From the NCBI GenBank assembly GCA_001687465.1, contig LVLI01000196.1, forward strand, positions 62,001-126,000: DNA of 64,000 nt, written 5' to 3'. The position numbers were made by a program, and so were the translations under genes. Source of the stretch: Halocafeteria seosinensis (Eukaryota). Positions 38,725 through 50,700 of this stretch are shown one piece after another; the first letter of the stretch is position 1, and each line of letters starts with the position of its first letter. The notes below the pieces were generated by a model. It did not search any database and had not been told where the DNA came from. It saw nothing but the letters and a program-made list of their open reading frames with translations.

Positions 38725-40098
38725 ATGTCGGAAAGTGATGGTGATGACTACGAAGCGAGTGGTAGACTTGAGTCTCCTATACCGGAAGTCGAGGATCCGT
38801 ATGAGGACTTGCAGAGAAATGCGCAATCCAACAATGCCGCTAGTGGCAGCGCTCAACCAGAACCAGAGTACGATTTGAATCCGTATGTCGCTTGCAGTGT
38901 AACAATGGAAAATCTACACTCTTCCATCTGCAGAGATACCGACATGATTAGACCCGAAGCGCAGGATTCTGGTACAATTCAACGTATCAAGGAGAAACGA
39001 ATTGCATGGGTGCGTTCGGTTTGGCTCTTGTTCCCATTACTCGTCTAGCGACTGAGGGCAAGCGCAGGATCAGCTTGTGCCGCCCGGGTGCCTTTATTGG
39101 CTAAAGTTGCAACAGAGTTTGTATAGGTATCCCGCTTGGCCAGTTTGGGTAAGTGAAGCTCGCAGTGGAACGCTTCACGAAAATGACGACTTCCTCCAAA
39201 TGCCAACAGGATATTGAGGACACTCCTCTCACGAATCGTGTAAAAATCACGCAGAAAGAGCGGGAAGATCCTAATGGTGCGTTAGCAATGGTTGAACGAG
39301 GATAGCACAGATGCAACTTCATGTGTTCAACTCCGTTATGGTTATGCAGTAAAACTCTACCAGTATATACACAATGTTAAGCGGCGAGAGCATGCTATGT
39401 AGGTTGGAAGACTCGCGAATACGAAGTGTTCATTTATCATTGGTGAATATGCTTTGCTGCTTTTGTTCTCTCATCTCAGTGCCTATATTGTGAAAGATAG
39501 GGTAGTTCCCTTTATCCCCTTACCTGTGTTGGAGATTTACCTCAATAACAAGGAACTACGGAAGCAATGGTCTGACTGCTTTCAAACGAATTTGGCCTAT
39601 CATGCGTTGGGAAAGGAAGTTAAGTCCTCAAGAGAATACCCAAAGGAGCAGTTGCTAGACTTGGCTCGGAAGCGTCGTGCAATCGGTAGAGAGAAGGCTT
39701 CCAACACCGGCTACAAGCCTGTTTCACATACCGCTCTGCATCCCATTTTGAACAGAGATGTGCCTGGCCCCATCTACAAGCTATGGGTAGATGCCATAAT
39801 GTATTCTGAATATATATGGTTTCAGACCGAGAAGAGAAAATACGAAGATCAGGGCTACGTCGTAGAACCGGGAAACACAGAAACGGAGGTGTGGATTATT
39901 GCCGGCAAATCTAAACAAAAGTATCGCTACGGTTTTAACGAGCTCTTGGATGCTGAAAAGTACATGTACACCAGCGGGGACCCTCAGCCGAGTTCTTCCC
40001 AGGAATCGAGTCCGACTCCGATGCACACGTCATCAGGTGAAGGGGTGGTGACTGCGAGTACTTCTCCAGTGACTGGCGCAAAACGGGATCGTGAATAG
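38725..40098 (+). CDS. Hypothetical protein with PWWP-like motif, tandem copy 2 (multi-exon)
   Basis: Same intron layout as copy 1. Exon VPPGCLYWLKLQQSLYRYPAWPVW, near-identical QWSDCFQTNLAYHALGKEVK block, ends TGAKRDRE. Confidence 0.7.
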
Positions 40099-40859
40099 AA
40101 GGTACAGCAGGTAGGGCATGTTAAGAAGTAACTATTCCAGCTTTGTGTTTCCGACCACAATCACCGACCAATTGGAATACACTGCGGTATTCTTTGCGGA
40201 CTAGCCGTGTATCGGGTATAGAGCATTGTGCTGCACCCACTGGCACCATGACTCATTCAGTTCACTCGGAATTCCATTTTGAGCATTAATTGAGTTGACA
40301 AGTTGTACGATTTGGTTGTGAAGTAACCGCATAACCATCATGAGTTAAGCTTGCTTAGCGCTGCAGTATAAATTATAGTACTAACAGAAAGACCTATAGT
40401 GTTGTGTGTAGTTTAGAAACCGTAGTTTTTGAATAAAGGGTAGTAAACGGTGAGGTATCCCGGATCCGATACATCTGGTAGAAAATCTAAGAAAACGTCA
40501 AAGGCGCCGAACTTCAACTTTGGAATCTCAAGAGTCATTCAAGCAGTGATTCAGTTTCTCGCATTTTTGTCGGAGAGCTATTTCGAGGTAAGTTGCCATC
40601 TCGCAATACCTCTGCAGTTGATTGAGACGGAGGGGGTAAAGAAACGTGTTTCTGAGGCGGCAGACCTGAACGCTCCCGCTGTTTCCCTTGGATCTTGTGG
40701 TAGGGGTAGCTATAGGGGAGTGAGCGACCCTCCTGCGCTGCGCCCCTTGGAGCGTCCCTTTGATCCAGAACACTTTGTTTTTTTCGACTTTATACTGCAT
40801 GGTGCAGGTATTTTCTGTCCGAATAGAAGGCGCAAGTAGTGACTTCAAGGTGCATCAAA

Positions 40860-42510
40860 ATGGCGAGCCACGCGTATACGCCTGCCAGTGCGCAATCCGG
40901 GGATGAAGGAGGGTATGACGGTACGCACGACTTGGAGTATTTTGATATTGCTCAACCTGATCCCGAGGAGACACTAGGTGGATACGTCGAGGATAACCCA
41001 CCCCCTCATCCTTCGACCATCACGCACATGGTGAAGAGTCTCATGCCTGGGCAGGACTTGACGCGAGTTACGATTCCATCTTGGTTCCTGGAACCGCGGT
41101 CATTACTTGAGAAAATGGGGGATACAATGATGCACCCGCATCTACTGCTCCAGTACGTGGTCGATTCCACGGTGTGGACGGTATTCAATGTTCAAACAAC
41201 GTTTGCTTTCACATACACCTTCAACAGGGTTCCCGATATTGAAGATCCTAGCGAGAGAATGATCCATGTTGCGAAATGGTATATTAGCGGCTGGCATCAT
41301 AAGACATCGGTACGTGGATCGACTATGGAGTCAACATGTGGCGTGCTTGTACTTATACGATTTGCTCTCCAACCGAGCTCTTCAGGGCGTGAAGAAGCCT
41401 TATAATCCCATCATTGGGGAAACGTTTGCTACTATTTGGAAACACGATGATGGATCAAGATCTCAATACATTGCTGAGCAGGTGTCGCATCGCCCTCCTG
41501 TGACTGCGTTCTTCTTTGAGAACAAGCCGAAGCAGATCACTATCAATGGACAGGTGCATACAAAGTACGTGTGACCCAAAAGAGTGGATTAACATATTGC
41601 AACATCCCGTCGTCTTGTTTGACCAGATCGAAGTTTCAGGCTCCGCAAACAGCCCAGAGTATACTGGCCGGAGGAGCCTTCTTGAACCTTCACGGCTTGG
41701 AGGAAGAAGTGAGTTGTAAATAACAGACATTCTCTTTGTGCTTTAGTCTGTTACTATGACTCTCTTCTGCAGTATTATATGACTTTCCCCATTTTCAATG
41801 CACATAACTTACTTATGGGGAAATTGCGAACCGAAGTTGGCGGCGAGGCAAGGATTGTCTGCAAGAAAACAGGACATGAAGCTGTGTTGACATTCCATCA
41901 GAAACCTTTCTGGGGTGGTGAGAATAAGATGCACGCTGTTGATATAGAGATTAAAAAGGAAGGGTCGAAAATTGCAACAATTTCTGGTCACTGGAATGAT
42001 AAGCTCTACATAAAGCGTGGTAGCGAGAAGACAGGCAGCCTTATCCTCGATATCAACAAAGAGCCAGTCGATCCGAAATATGTTTTGCCTGAAGAAGAAC
42101 AGGGACCATGGGAGAGCAGACGGCTTTGGCATAGGACAACTCAGATTCTGAACGACAGACCCACAGTCGACTGGGAGGAAGTTGATAAGGAGAAGGGACG
42201 TCTCGAAGAAGATCAACGTAAACTGAAGTGTCATCAGAAGGGCGGAACTGCAAAAGATTGGACCACAAAACTTTTCCACCTTGAAAAAGTGAACAATCCG
42301 CTTACGGGGAAGGAAGAAGACATGTATATTTTTAACCACTTGAAGAGTGAATTTAGTTCACCTGAGGAGAAAGTCAACGTGCTTAAGCTTAGCCGCGAAG
42401 TTGCGATGAATGACCCTCGTAATGACGATCCCGAACAGAGTGCCGGTCTATCCGGACAGAAAGCGTCTGAGGGCAAAGAAGCGGGGGATTCCTCGACCTC
42501 GAAGAAATAG
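40860..42510 (+). CDS. Short oxysterol-binding protein-related protein (ORD-only, Osh/ORP family)
   Basis: GQDLTRVTIPSWFLEPRSLLEK, VKKPYNPIIGETF, signature EQVSHRPP, ESRRLW, KGRLEEDQR. Confidence 0.93.
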
Positions 42511-42861
42511 TTTATTTTACTTTGTAAATTAGGGCGTTAGTGCTTTCAGCTAGACCCACTGGTACTGCATACAAATAGACAAAAGAACTCTTTGTCAAAG
42601 GATTTATTGCGTATCATTCCACTCTTTACGTTGCATTCGCAGTTCTCGCCACCGTATCAATCCTTGGGAATCCGGGATATGCCACTTGGACTGTGACTTG
42701 AAGCGGGGCTAACGCCACGAGGAACAAACTGGCTACGCACTGCACTGTAGTACGCAGCCACCCATGGAGTGGATTGGTTGCTCATATGTCAGGGGACAGG
42801 GAAGTACTAATCTTGATATACGTTCTCTGTAGAAATAGTACTAGTAATTGGGACAGACAGC

Positions 42862-43950
42862 ATGAGTCGAGCCTTGGCCATCAGTGCATCGGCCGCCTTG
42901 GTTACAGGGACGGCGCTGTATATCGCCTACCGCAAGCTCAAACAGCATAGGAAGAGAGTAGTACGTGGTCTGGACTAAATGAAGAAGTACATGGGGCTTG
43001 TATTCATGTGAGAGTGTCTGTATTTGCAGGCTATGGAACATGTGCACGCGTCCATCATGGAAGCTGACCCCTCCCAGAAGCAACTACTCAGTGAAAACTG
43101 CATTGTAGTGGACGAAAATGATAATATCCTCCGAAGTGGAACAAAGAAAGAGTGTAAGAAAATTCAGTGCTATCCCCAAGGGGAAGAACTCACTTCTGCT
43201 TAGATTTGCTCCCCCTGTGCAGGTCACATTATGCGCAACATCTCCAGCGGTCTGCTACACAGAGCATTTAGTGTGTTTTTATTCAATTCCGAGGGAAAAC
43301 TACTGTTGCAAAAGGTGCGTATTGGTTGGCTCAGCCAATTGTGTAGAGATTGCTGGCCTGAGTGTTCAGAAGCTATAACTCTTCCGCCGGACCTCCTTGA
43401 TCCGCAGCGTTCCAAAGCGAAAATTACGTTCCCCTCTTATTGGGCTAATACTTGCTGTAGCCATCCTTTATACAATGGACAAGAAATGGAGGAAAAAAAT
43501 GCCTTAGGGGTCAAACGTGCAGCTCAGAGAAAACTGAACCAAGAACTTGGCATTCCCCCGGAGCAGCTACCTCTTGATTGTTTCAAATTTCTTACTAGAG
43601 TTCACTACAAAGCAGCTGATGAACATCCGTGGGGAGAACACGAAATTGACTATGTTCTTATTGCCCGTCCTCCCAAAGATGTAAATTTGGATAATGTCAA
43701 TCCCAATGAGGTAGAGGAAGTGAGATATTTTGATAGACAAGCACTGCGAGAGTGGATGAATACGACAGCCAACAAGCAGGAACTGGTGTCTCCCTGGTTT
43801 CAAATAATTGAAGGGTCGTTACTGCAAAATTGGTGGGATGCTTTGGAAGATGATATTAAACATGAGCGACGACTCGCTGATTCTGACTCCGAGTTGAATA
43901 AGTGGGTCGAGCAGAACAAGATCTATCGCGCTGGGGATGACTTCACGTAG
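42862..43950 (+). CDS. IDI1: Isopentenyl-diphosphate delta-isomerase type I, with predicted extra N-terminal exon
   Basis: ENCIVVDENDN, LLHRAFSVFLFNSEGKLLLQ, KITFPSYWANTCCSHP, AAQRKLNQELGI, WGEHEIDY, NPNEV, SPWF. Exon 1 at 42862-42960, intron 42961-43029. Confidence 0.95.
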
Positions 43951-44010
43951 AAATCTGAATACTGTGAGACTACAATTGTACCTTCCGCTAGAAGTACCTC
44001 GCTATATGCT

Positions 44011-45291
44011 TTATACTACCAAGCTGCTTAAATAACAAGATTCGCTTGTGAAAATGAGCTGACATGGTTGAAGCTCTGCCCTTTCGCAGTTATATGCGGC
44101 TATGAGGCAGCTCAACCCACTCTTCGTGGATGTGTGCCGCTCGTGCATGCTCACCATTTGTTTCCACCATCCGGACACTAGCCGTTCAACAATGCACCTC
44201 CATAGACCGGTTAAAGTAGCGCTACTACGTTCGGGAGTGTCGAATGTTACACCACTAGGACAGGAAAATGAGGTGACCAGCTTCTCCTTAGCACTCGCGC
44301 ACACACGAACTCGATAAATGCCAGCATCGATACCACCAACCCACTCCCCACTTCTCACGTAACCTAAAGGATACCCGCAAGCCCATGCTGTTAGCCATAT
44401 TGGCGATACAGCAGGTTCTGCATACAGCGTTGTATCCATCTTTCTGCAGCGCAATTTGTCTAGAATACGCTCGAAGATTGTCTGAAGTGTGACGAGAGTT
44501 GAGTCGCTACTCGCCAGATAGGATACCTGACCGAAAAAAGATTGAAAAGTAATCAAACAGTCCAGGACCTCGTAGTGTACACTTACCCTAATGGGCTGGC
44601 CAACTTCCAAGAAACATGGTAACACATTACCTAGTGAAATAATCGCAGCTATCTCCCAAAGTTGTCCACTCTCCCGAGAATGCAGTGCCTTGCGTCTCAG
44701 CTCTAATAAGCAGGAAATGGCACGTACGGACGCTCTGAGTTTCTCGACAAATACCTTTGTTCGAACCAGCAATGGAGCGGTAGCAGTCGATATCACGCTG
44801 AATTCTATTCCACTGAAGGACGACAGGACCTTAGCAAACTCTGTAAGCGTGTGATGAGATAAGGCAGCACATTGATCCAACAATGTTGCGGGACGGATTC
44901 CGAAGAGTAGGAAGCTGCTTTCCACCAACAAATTCGAGCACGCCTTCCAGTAGCGCTTCCGGATTTTCCGGGGAATGCTCTTCTCCAGGAGCGTTCTCCC
45001 AAAGTTTTCAACTCCTTCGTAGTTTTCATGCTCAGCACACAATGGAACAACAGAGTCTTCTCGAAGTGTGCCACGGTGAGAACCACTGACGGCCTGAGAG
45101 CAGTGGCTGGCACTGTACAAAGCCTTGGAGCACTGTTTCACCGCTACCAGAGTCTTCAGATCAAACACCCGGGGAGCGAGTAATACCGAGAAAAGTACCA
45201 GCGATTCACCTACACATGCTGGACTGGGATCGGAACTCATCACATTCTCATCCTGGGAGAGGATGACCGTGATCAAATCGATACTCGCCAC
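44011..45291 (-). CDS. Hypothetical protein, possibly DUF4504 / C1orf74 (UPF0739)-like
   Basis: 426-aa ORF. LLFGIRPATLLD and TAWACGYPLGY resemble the G(L/I)(K/R)PA.L.D and GWLLGYP..Y motifs recalled for that family; unverified. Confidence 0.45.
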   Translation of the reverse strand: MASIDLITVILSQDENVMSSDPSPACVGESLVLFSVLLAPRVFDLKTLVAVKQCSKALYSASHCSQAVSGSHRGTLREDSVVPLCAEHENYEGVENFGRTLLEKSIPRKIRKRYWKACSNLLVESSFLLFGIRPATLLDQCAALSHHTLTEFAKVLSSFSGIEFSVISTATAPLLVRTKVFVEKLRASVRAISCLLELRRKALHSRESGQLWEIAAIISLGNVLPCFLEVGQPIRVSVHYEVLDCLITFQSFFGQVSYLASSDSTLVTLQTIFERILDKLRCRKMDTTLYAEPAVSPIWLTAWACGYPLGYVRSGEWVGGIDAGIYRVRVCASAKEKLVTSFSCPSGVTFDTPERSSATLTGLWRCIVERLVSGWWKQMVSMHERHTSTKSGLSCLIAAYNCERAELQPCQLIFTSESCYLSSLVV

Positions 45292-45707
45292 ACACAGATG
45301 ACAGCCTTAACATGACTGAGCATTTTAACAAGTTCATTGCAAGTTCATTGCTCAACAACGGGATGGGGGATTGCAAGTTACCAATCCTGCTTTGTCACTG
45401 CAATCGTTAAATTCGGTCCTACGTGTTGTTTGTGAAGTTATCTACAGACTTACATGACATGATGACATGTTATGCAGGGGGGCTAAACTCATCATACCGC
45501 TGCTGGTTGTTGGCTTTTCGTTGTTTGTATCTTACCGTGATAATACTTTGCACTGGCGTTGAGTTATTCGACAATCAGATGGTTCTTGGTGTTTGTGTGA
45601 TGATGAAGAGTCTTCACTACTGATTAGGTACACTGCATACCAGTAAAGCGATTGACCGATAATATTGCAATTTGCAAGAGCAATAAAACGAAGTTGATCT
45701 ACAATGC

Positions 45708-46704
45708 CTAATAAAAATATTTGTTTAAGAAGTTCCTGTGAAAGTCGTTTCGTATGGTGTCATTCACGAACCGCCGCTTCTGTTTCGGCTCATCTCGGGC
45801 TTGGTTCTTGAACACAACGTCATCGTTCCATCTTCGTTTTACCACAGCTGACGATCCGGAAGTTCCACCCTCCAAGTTCATCAAAGGATTCCCCTGTACA
45901 AAACGGAGTAAAAGAAGATGTACCAGATGATAGACATGCTCACCTCTTGGAGCGCAAATGCCATACCTTCACCGCTGCTGCCTCCTGTTCTTTCCTCTGT
46001 AACTCTTCGTCTTCTTTTTCCCTCCTCTCTTTTTCTTCTTCTCTTTCCTTCTTAATCTTTTCCAACTCTCTCATGAGTTCAGCTGTATCATCTTCATCTT
46101 CGTCATCCTCAGAATCACTGATCACATACCAACAACAGACGGGGATCTAACGTGTCCCAAAGGAGCTACCCTACAAAGTTTTAAACGTACTTGCTATCAT
46201 CTTCTACTTCAGATTCTTCCCCAAAGTCCGCGTCGGCATCATCATATTTATGCAATTGTTCATATTCTTCAGGTTTCAGCTCAGTCCCAGCTCGATTAGT
46301 TAATTGACGCTGCTGGTGATGGCCACAGCCCTTGTCCTCTATCTGTACGTGGCTCAAGGAGGCGGCACCTGAGTCACCTGCGCTGTCCTGTTGCTGCTTT
46401 TGCTCGAAATGTTTTCGCTCTTTCTCCTCGAGTTCGGCCAATAAATCCTTCTTGCTAATTTCCTCCTGGGTCTTTTGCCCTGGTTTACGGTATTTCAGCC
46501 TCGTTTCAGAAGGTATATCACGGACCGAAAACTGATACGACTTGCCTGCAACACAATATGGTCCATACGTCCCCCCATCGATACACTCTCTATAGCAGTA
46601 GGCCCAAACACACACATACCTCCTGTAAAATATCCTCCTTGGTCAATTTCCTGTGTGCCCCCGCCTTTAGCAGGGGCTAAAGTAGGCCTATGTGCCGTCG
46701 TCAT
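45708..46704 (-). CDS. CWC15: Spliceosome-associated protein CWC15, multi-exon
   Basis: MTTAHRPTLAPAKGG, RDIPSETRLKYR, EDDTAELMRELEKIKKER, GNPLMN, VKRRWNDDVVFKNQAR, FVNDTIRNDFHRNFLNKY. Confidence 0.96.
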
Positions 46705-47075
46705 TTTACCAACAACTCAGCAGATTTGGTATGGAGTGCTTTGAACACAAACGATAGATGCCGTGCCTTGATATCCACTGATAGCAGAGGTACTTAACAT
46801 TGCATATTCTGCCACACAAGTTGTCTTACATCAGCTACTTGTCCAGGTCACAACAAAGATTTTTGTTTTGCACACTTGTGAACGATTCAACAAATACCGT
46901 ACAACGATGTACCATAATACATAATACCATACCATACAACAAGGCACAGTACGTATACAAAGGTGAATGTTCTCCACGCGTACTTCCAAAGTGTAAGACC
47001 ATGTTTTCACGATACCTGTCAAGCACACAAGTGTGCGACTGAAACATATCTGCTGCATCATAGCTGGCTTGCCAA

Positions 47076-49922
47076 GTGCTGTATGGTTGCTGGCATCATC
47101 TCAAGTATAGGATCGGCTTGGAACAATTTGACTGGCAAAATAGCCGCCTAGAGGAAGCAGAGATGCAGCAATTTCACGGGGATCTCATTCACGAGTTGAG
47201 AGTATCACCGGGAGCAATCGAGGTCAACAACGATGGAGGACTGGTTTTCTATCATTCTGTGAGGGAAATTTTGGACCGACACATGTGGGACCGAGGTAGC
47301 GACGATTCGCTCAGAGAAATCAGACCGAAGCACTTGCAGGAAGAGCTTCTGCGCAATACGTTGTCTGCGGAACATCGCAAACGTCTCGCAGAGACCCTCG
47401 CGCGAGCGATCCTTCAGGATGAGAGTGTTAATCCTTCAAGGAACCTGTATGAAAGGACTAGAGAACTTATTTTTGGATCATCCATACTGGTGAATCAATT
47501 ACGGCGACCTGAAGCTCTTAACCGCATATCTGAACGATGGTGTCAACTGCTACAGAATGACCATCCTGGGGTCTATCGACATCTGATTCATGAAGAATCA
47601 CAAGAATCGAGGGCGACGAATTCGCTGCGATGTGTGTATCGTCATCTTGCATACTACTTTGACCCATTCGATATTGCTGATAATAAAATAGAGCCATGGT
47701 ATCAACTGTTGGAATTGGAGATTGGATCGTCTGAAAGGGTATGGTACCATATCTCTTTGAGTAACCTTCTTGGAGACAGAGAAGGAACAAAAGCGGTTCT
47801 AGAAGGAAGGAAAGAAAGTGGAAAATCCAATTGGTGTCATACCTTAACTAAGCTGTGGGCGAATCCAACTGCTGATGCACCAGCGTGGCTATGTCGCTAC
47901 CGGTGGCTTTTGTTTATCCCTTTGAGAGGATTGTTTAACCGAGTGGAAAGAGAAAAGCCGTCACAATCTGAAGACATACCAAAATTTATTGATTATTGGA
48001 CAAGTGAAGGATTGATGAAATACGTCCTGGACAATGAATGCTACGCAGGAATGGTGCCTCCCTTTGACGAAGTTTTGTTCCTTTTGGACGGGTACGACGA
48101 AGTTCCCTTTGAAAACGACTCTAGCGGGATTTTTGCTCAAATTTTGGACTATATCTTGTACGGTAATGGTTCGGATGCTTGCAGACATGTGATTGTGACA
48201 ACAAACACGTTCTCAAGTATCCGGCAGCATCGGCCTCAGCTGTTAAATGAGAGTCGGAAGTTCCATCTCTGCCAAATTTCGAAAGAAAACAGAAAAAGGG
48301 TTGTTAAAGAATACATTGGGGACCTAAGGGGCAACTTGCAGGGGTCCTTACTTCGAGACGAAGTGGAGCTAGTTCTTAAAGAGGGAGCCGTCTTGGTTTC
48401 GTTGTTCAGTGACCCCCCTCTGCTCAAGATGCTGTGTTGGTTGGTTTATATGTTCAGACACAGAGGAGTTGAACCTCAAGCAGTTCTGGGTCACTCCGCC
48501 GTACGGTTGACAACGCTCTTCGAGGAAGCTGTAAAGACACTGCTCTTCTTGTGCCAAAGACAACATCCAGACCTTACTCAAGATCGCAGGAGGGAGTTCT
48601 TTGACATTATGAAACAGCTAGCTAATCAAGATGAGAACATTATTCCGAAAGAACGTTCCGAGACGGCTTTGCTGCATCTCTCGGCCGGCGAATTGGGGAT
48701 TTTCTCCACTGGACTGAAGATTGTCCATCCCCTTCGTGGCAGTGTCGGGATGAGTCTCATACGTTGTGATTGGGCGTTCATTCATTTCACGTTTCAGCAG
48801 TTCTTCAGGGCGTACTATTATTGTGACTGCCTTGTAAAGAAGGAACTCAGCTTAGACGACAATAGCCTGAAACCGACACTTGAAGAACTCTTTGTATGTG
48901 GGAGCTTAGTCCCGTCTTTCCTGCTTGGAATTTTATCCAGTGAAAGTGGTGGCTCGAGAGAAGAGTTGATGCAGGAAGTAGTTGAAATCCTCACTCGTGC
49001 AACTTGGCACATCAGTCAGACCTCAGACAGTGAGCTCGTACGAACATCTTGTGTAGAACGCTACTGGCAAGCACTTAGTGAAATATCTGGTGAATCCTTC
49101 TCCAAGATTAGCTTACCAAGGGACTTTTCTGAAACGATTGTAGACTCCAAAGGCGTGTTTGGTGGAATACCTTCTGCAATTTCAGCAGGGAATGAAAATC
49201 TGTGCAAATGGGTAATTGATCACTCAAATGACCCAGAAGAATTAATCATGGCTGGAAATGTAAAAGGGGAAACTGCGCTTCATATTGCAGCTAAAATGAA
49301 CGGGCGTTTATGTAACTGGTTGCTTTCCCAAGTTACTCCAAGTCAGCAAGAAGAGTTCGTAATTAGAACAGATTTCAATAACAGGAGTACCCTGCAAAAT
49401 GCGGTGCTAAACGAAGATGTGGACGCTTGTAGGGTGTTGATAGAACACCTGAGGTCGGGCGAAATCACTAACTTTCTGGTGTGGCAAGATCGCGAGGGGC
49501 GAACTGCGTTACACGTGGCTGCCATGAAGGGAAGTGTATCTATTTGCAAATGGCTTTTTGAACTTCTACGGGGAAGCTCCATTGAGTCGCTTGTATGCTT
49601 GGCAGATAGAGACGGGAAGACTGCACTGCATTTTGCTCACGAGTATGGGCATCCAGAGTTGTTTTACTGGCTTACTGAGTGGCTATCCTTTGAACAGTTG
49701 TTATTCTTGGTCCAACCGTTCGGAAAGTTGGGAAAACAAACGATATGCAACATATTAGAAAAAGATCCATGGAATCTTCTTCCCATGGAAATGAAGGTAG
49801 ATATAGTGAACTACGTCGTCTCTCGAACACACATATCAATATCCGAGTCTGAGAAGGTCATGGATGCGCTGGAGGCGGTTGACCTAAGAGTCACTGACGA
49901 CGGATGGGTGGAATTCGATTGA
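47076..49922 (+). CDS. NACHT (STAND) NTPase with C-terminal ankyrin repeats, NLR-like, copy 1 (first in-frame ATG 47163; true start uncertain)
   Basis: Walker A VLEGRKESGKS, LLFIPLR, Walker B LFLLDGYDEV, VIVTT, PPLLKMLC, winged-helix WAFIHFTFQQFFRAYY. Ankyrin repeats GETALHIAA, NRSTLQNAV, GRTALHVAA, GKTALHFA. No introns in the ORF. Confidence 0.88.
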   Translation: MLYGCWHHLKYRIGLEQFDWQNSRLEEAEMQQFHGDLIHELRVSPGAIEVNNDGGLVFYHSVREILDRHMWDRGSDDSLREIRPKHLQEELLRNTLSAEHRKRLAETLARAILQDESVNPSRNLYERTRELIFGSSILVNQLRRPEALNRISERWCQLLQNDHPGVYRHLIHEESQESRATNSLRCVYRHLAYYFDPFDIADNKIEPWYQLLELEIGSSERVWYHISLSNLLGDREGTKAVLEGRKESGKSNWCHTLTKLWANPTADAPAWLCRYRWLLFIPLRGLFNRVEREKPSQSEDIPKFIDYWTSEGLMKYVLDNECYAGMVPPFDEVLFLLDGYDEVPFENDSSGIFAQILDYILYGNGSDACRHVIVTTNTFSSIRQHRPQLLNESRKFHLCQISKENRKRVVKEYIGDLRGNLQGSLLRDEVELVLKEGAVLVSLFSDPPLLKMLCWLVYMFRHRGVEPQAVLGHSAVRLTTLFEEAVKTLLFLCQRQHPDLTQDRRREFFDIMKQLANQDENIIPKERSETALLHLSAGELGIFSTGLKIVHPLRGSVGMSLIRCDWAFIHFTFQQFFRAYYYCDCLVKKELSLDDNSLKPTLEELFVCGSLVPSFLLGILSSESGGSREELMQEVVEILTRATWHISQTSDSELVRTSCVERYWQALSEISGESFSKISLPRDFSETIVDSKGVFGGIPSAISAGNENLCKWVIDHSNDPEELIMAGNVKGETALHIAAKMNGRLCNWLLSQVTPSQQEEFVIRTDFNNRSTLQNAVLNEDVDACRVLIEHLRSGEITNFLVWQDREGRTALHVAAMKGSVSICKWLFELLRGSSIESLVCLADRDGKTALHFAHEYGHPELFYWLTEWLSFEQLLFLVQPFGKLGKQTICNILEKDPWNLLPMEMKVDIVNYVVSRTHISISESEKVMDALEAVDLRVTDDGWVEFD

Positions 49923-50247
49923 GGTGGGGTTCTACGCTTGGAAGTACCGTAAGATGGCTTAAGCGTGCTTGGCAAAGTTTAAAAGGAATTGTGTATGGAA
50001 AGATACGTTTTTGACATTTGAATCTGTAAGGGATGTTCTTCATCGGTACATTAGGTAGAGCATCCAGTAATCTATAACTTGCTTTGTAGCTAATAATGTA
50101 CCACTTGACACAACCTGTGTGTATTTATTCTTTGTACTGAAAACCGCAGTCAGTCACCACCCACAAGCCTGCAAGCGTGCGTGCGTTTCTTACGCATGCA
50201 CCCAGTACTGCTAGCCTCCACTGACGTTACACATACCCTCTGCAAAT

Positions 50248-50700
50248 TTAAATAGGCTTAATCACCCCAGGAACCCAGACTCTTACACCACCAATCGTCA
50301 TACCTTCCATTGTAAGCGGGTCCAGAATGTGCGGGTTCAGCCCGCAGTCAGCCGGGTTTCCGGTTGGGGGCTTCGAGTCTTCGATATAAAAGCAAAAGTG
50401 CAGTTTGGGATCCGTCTTATTTACTAAACGAACGGAGTACCAGTCAGTGTCCAAATAGTGAGCCCCTCTGTACCGTCGAGCATGAAACGTGTATGTATTG
50501 GAGAACTCGAAAATCGGTATAGTGAGGGTACGGTACAGTATAGTGCAATGTAGGGAATCAATTAGTCACACTCACTGTCCATCCCATTCCATACAGGCAG
50601 CAAGAGAGTTTTGGTAGGCTTCGCAGTATTTGACAATTCCGTTTGGGTTCCTCAAATCATACGAAAAGCACGCATCGGTTAAATTGTATCGCCATTGAAC
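50248..50700 (-). CDS. Possible small orphan protein (exons approximate)
   Basis: Coding-like segments WRYNLTDACFSYDLRNPNGIVKYCEAYQNSLAACMGMGWT (then a gtgagt donor) and YLDTDWYSVRLVNKTDPKLHFCFYIEDSKPP...; no start codon or family established. Confidence 0.25.

Noticed and set aside
40860..43950. OSBP-related gene next to IPP isomerase as a sterol/isoprenoid cluster
   Set aside because: Only two genes, no other pathway enzymes nearby; chance adjacency is likely in a compact genome.
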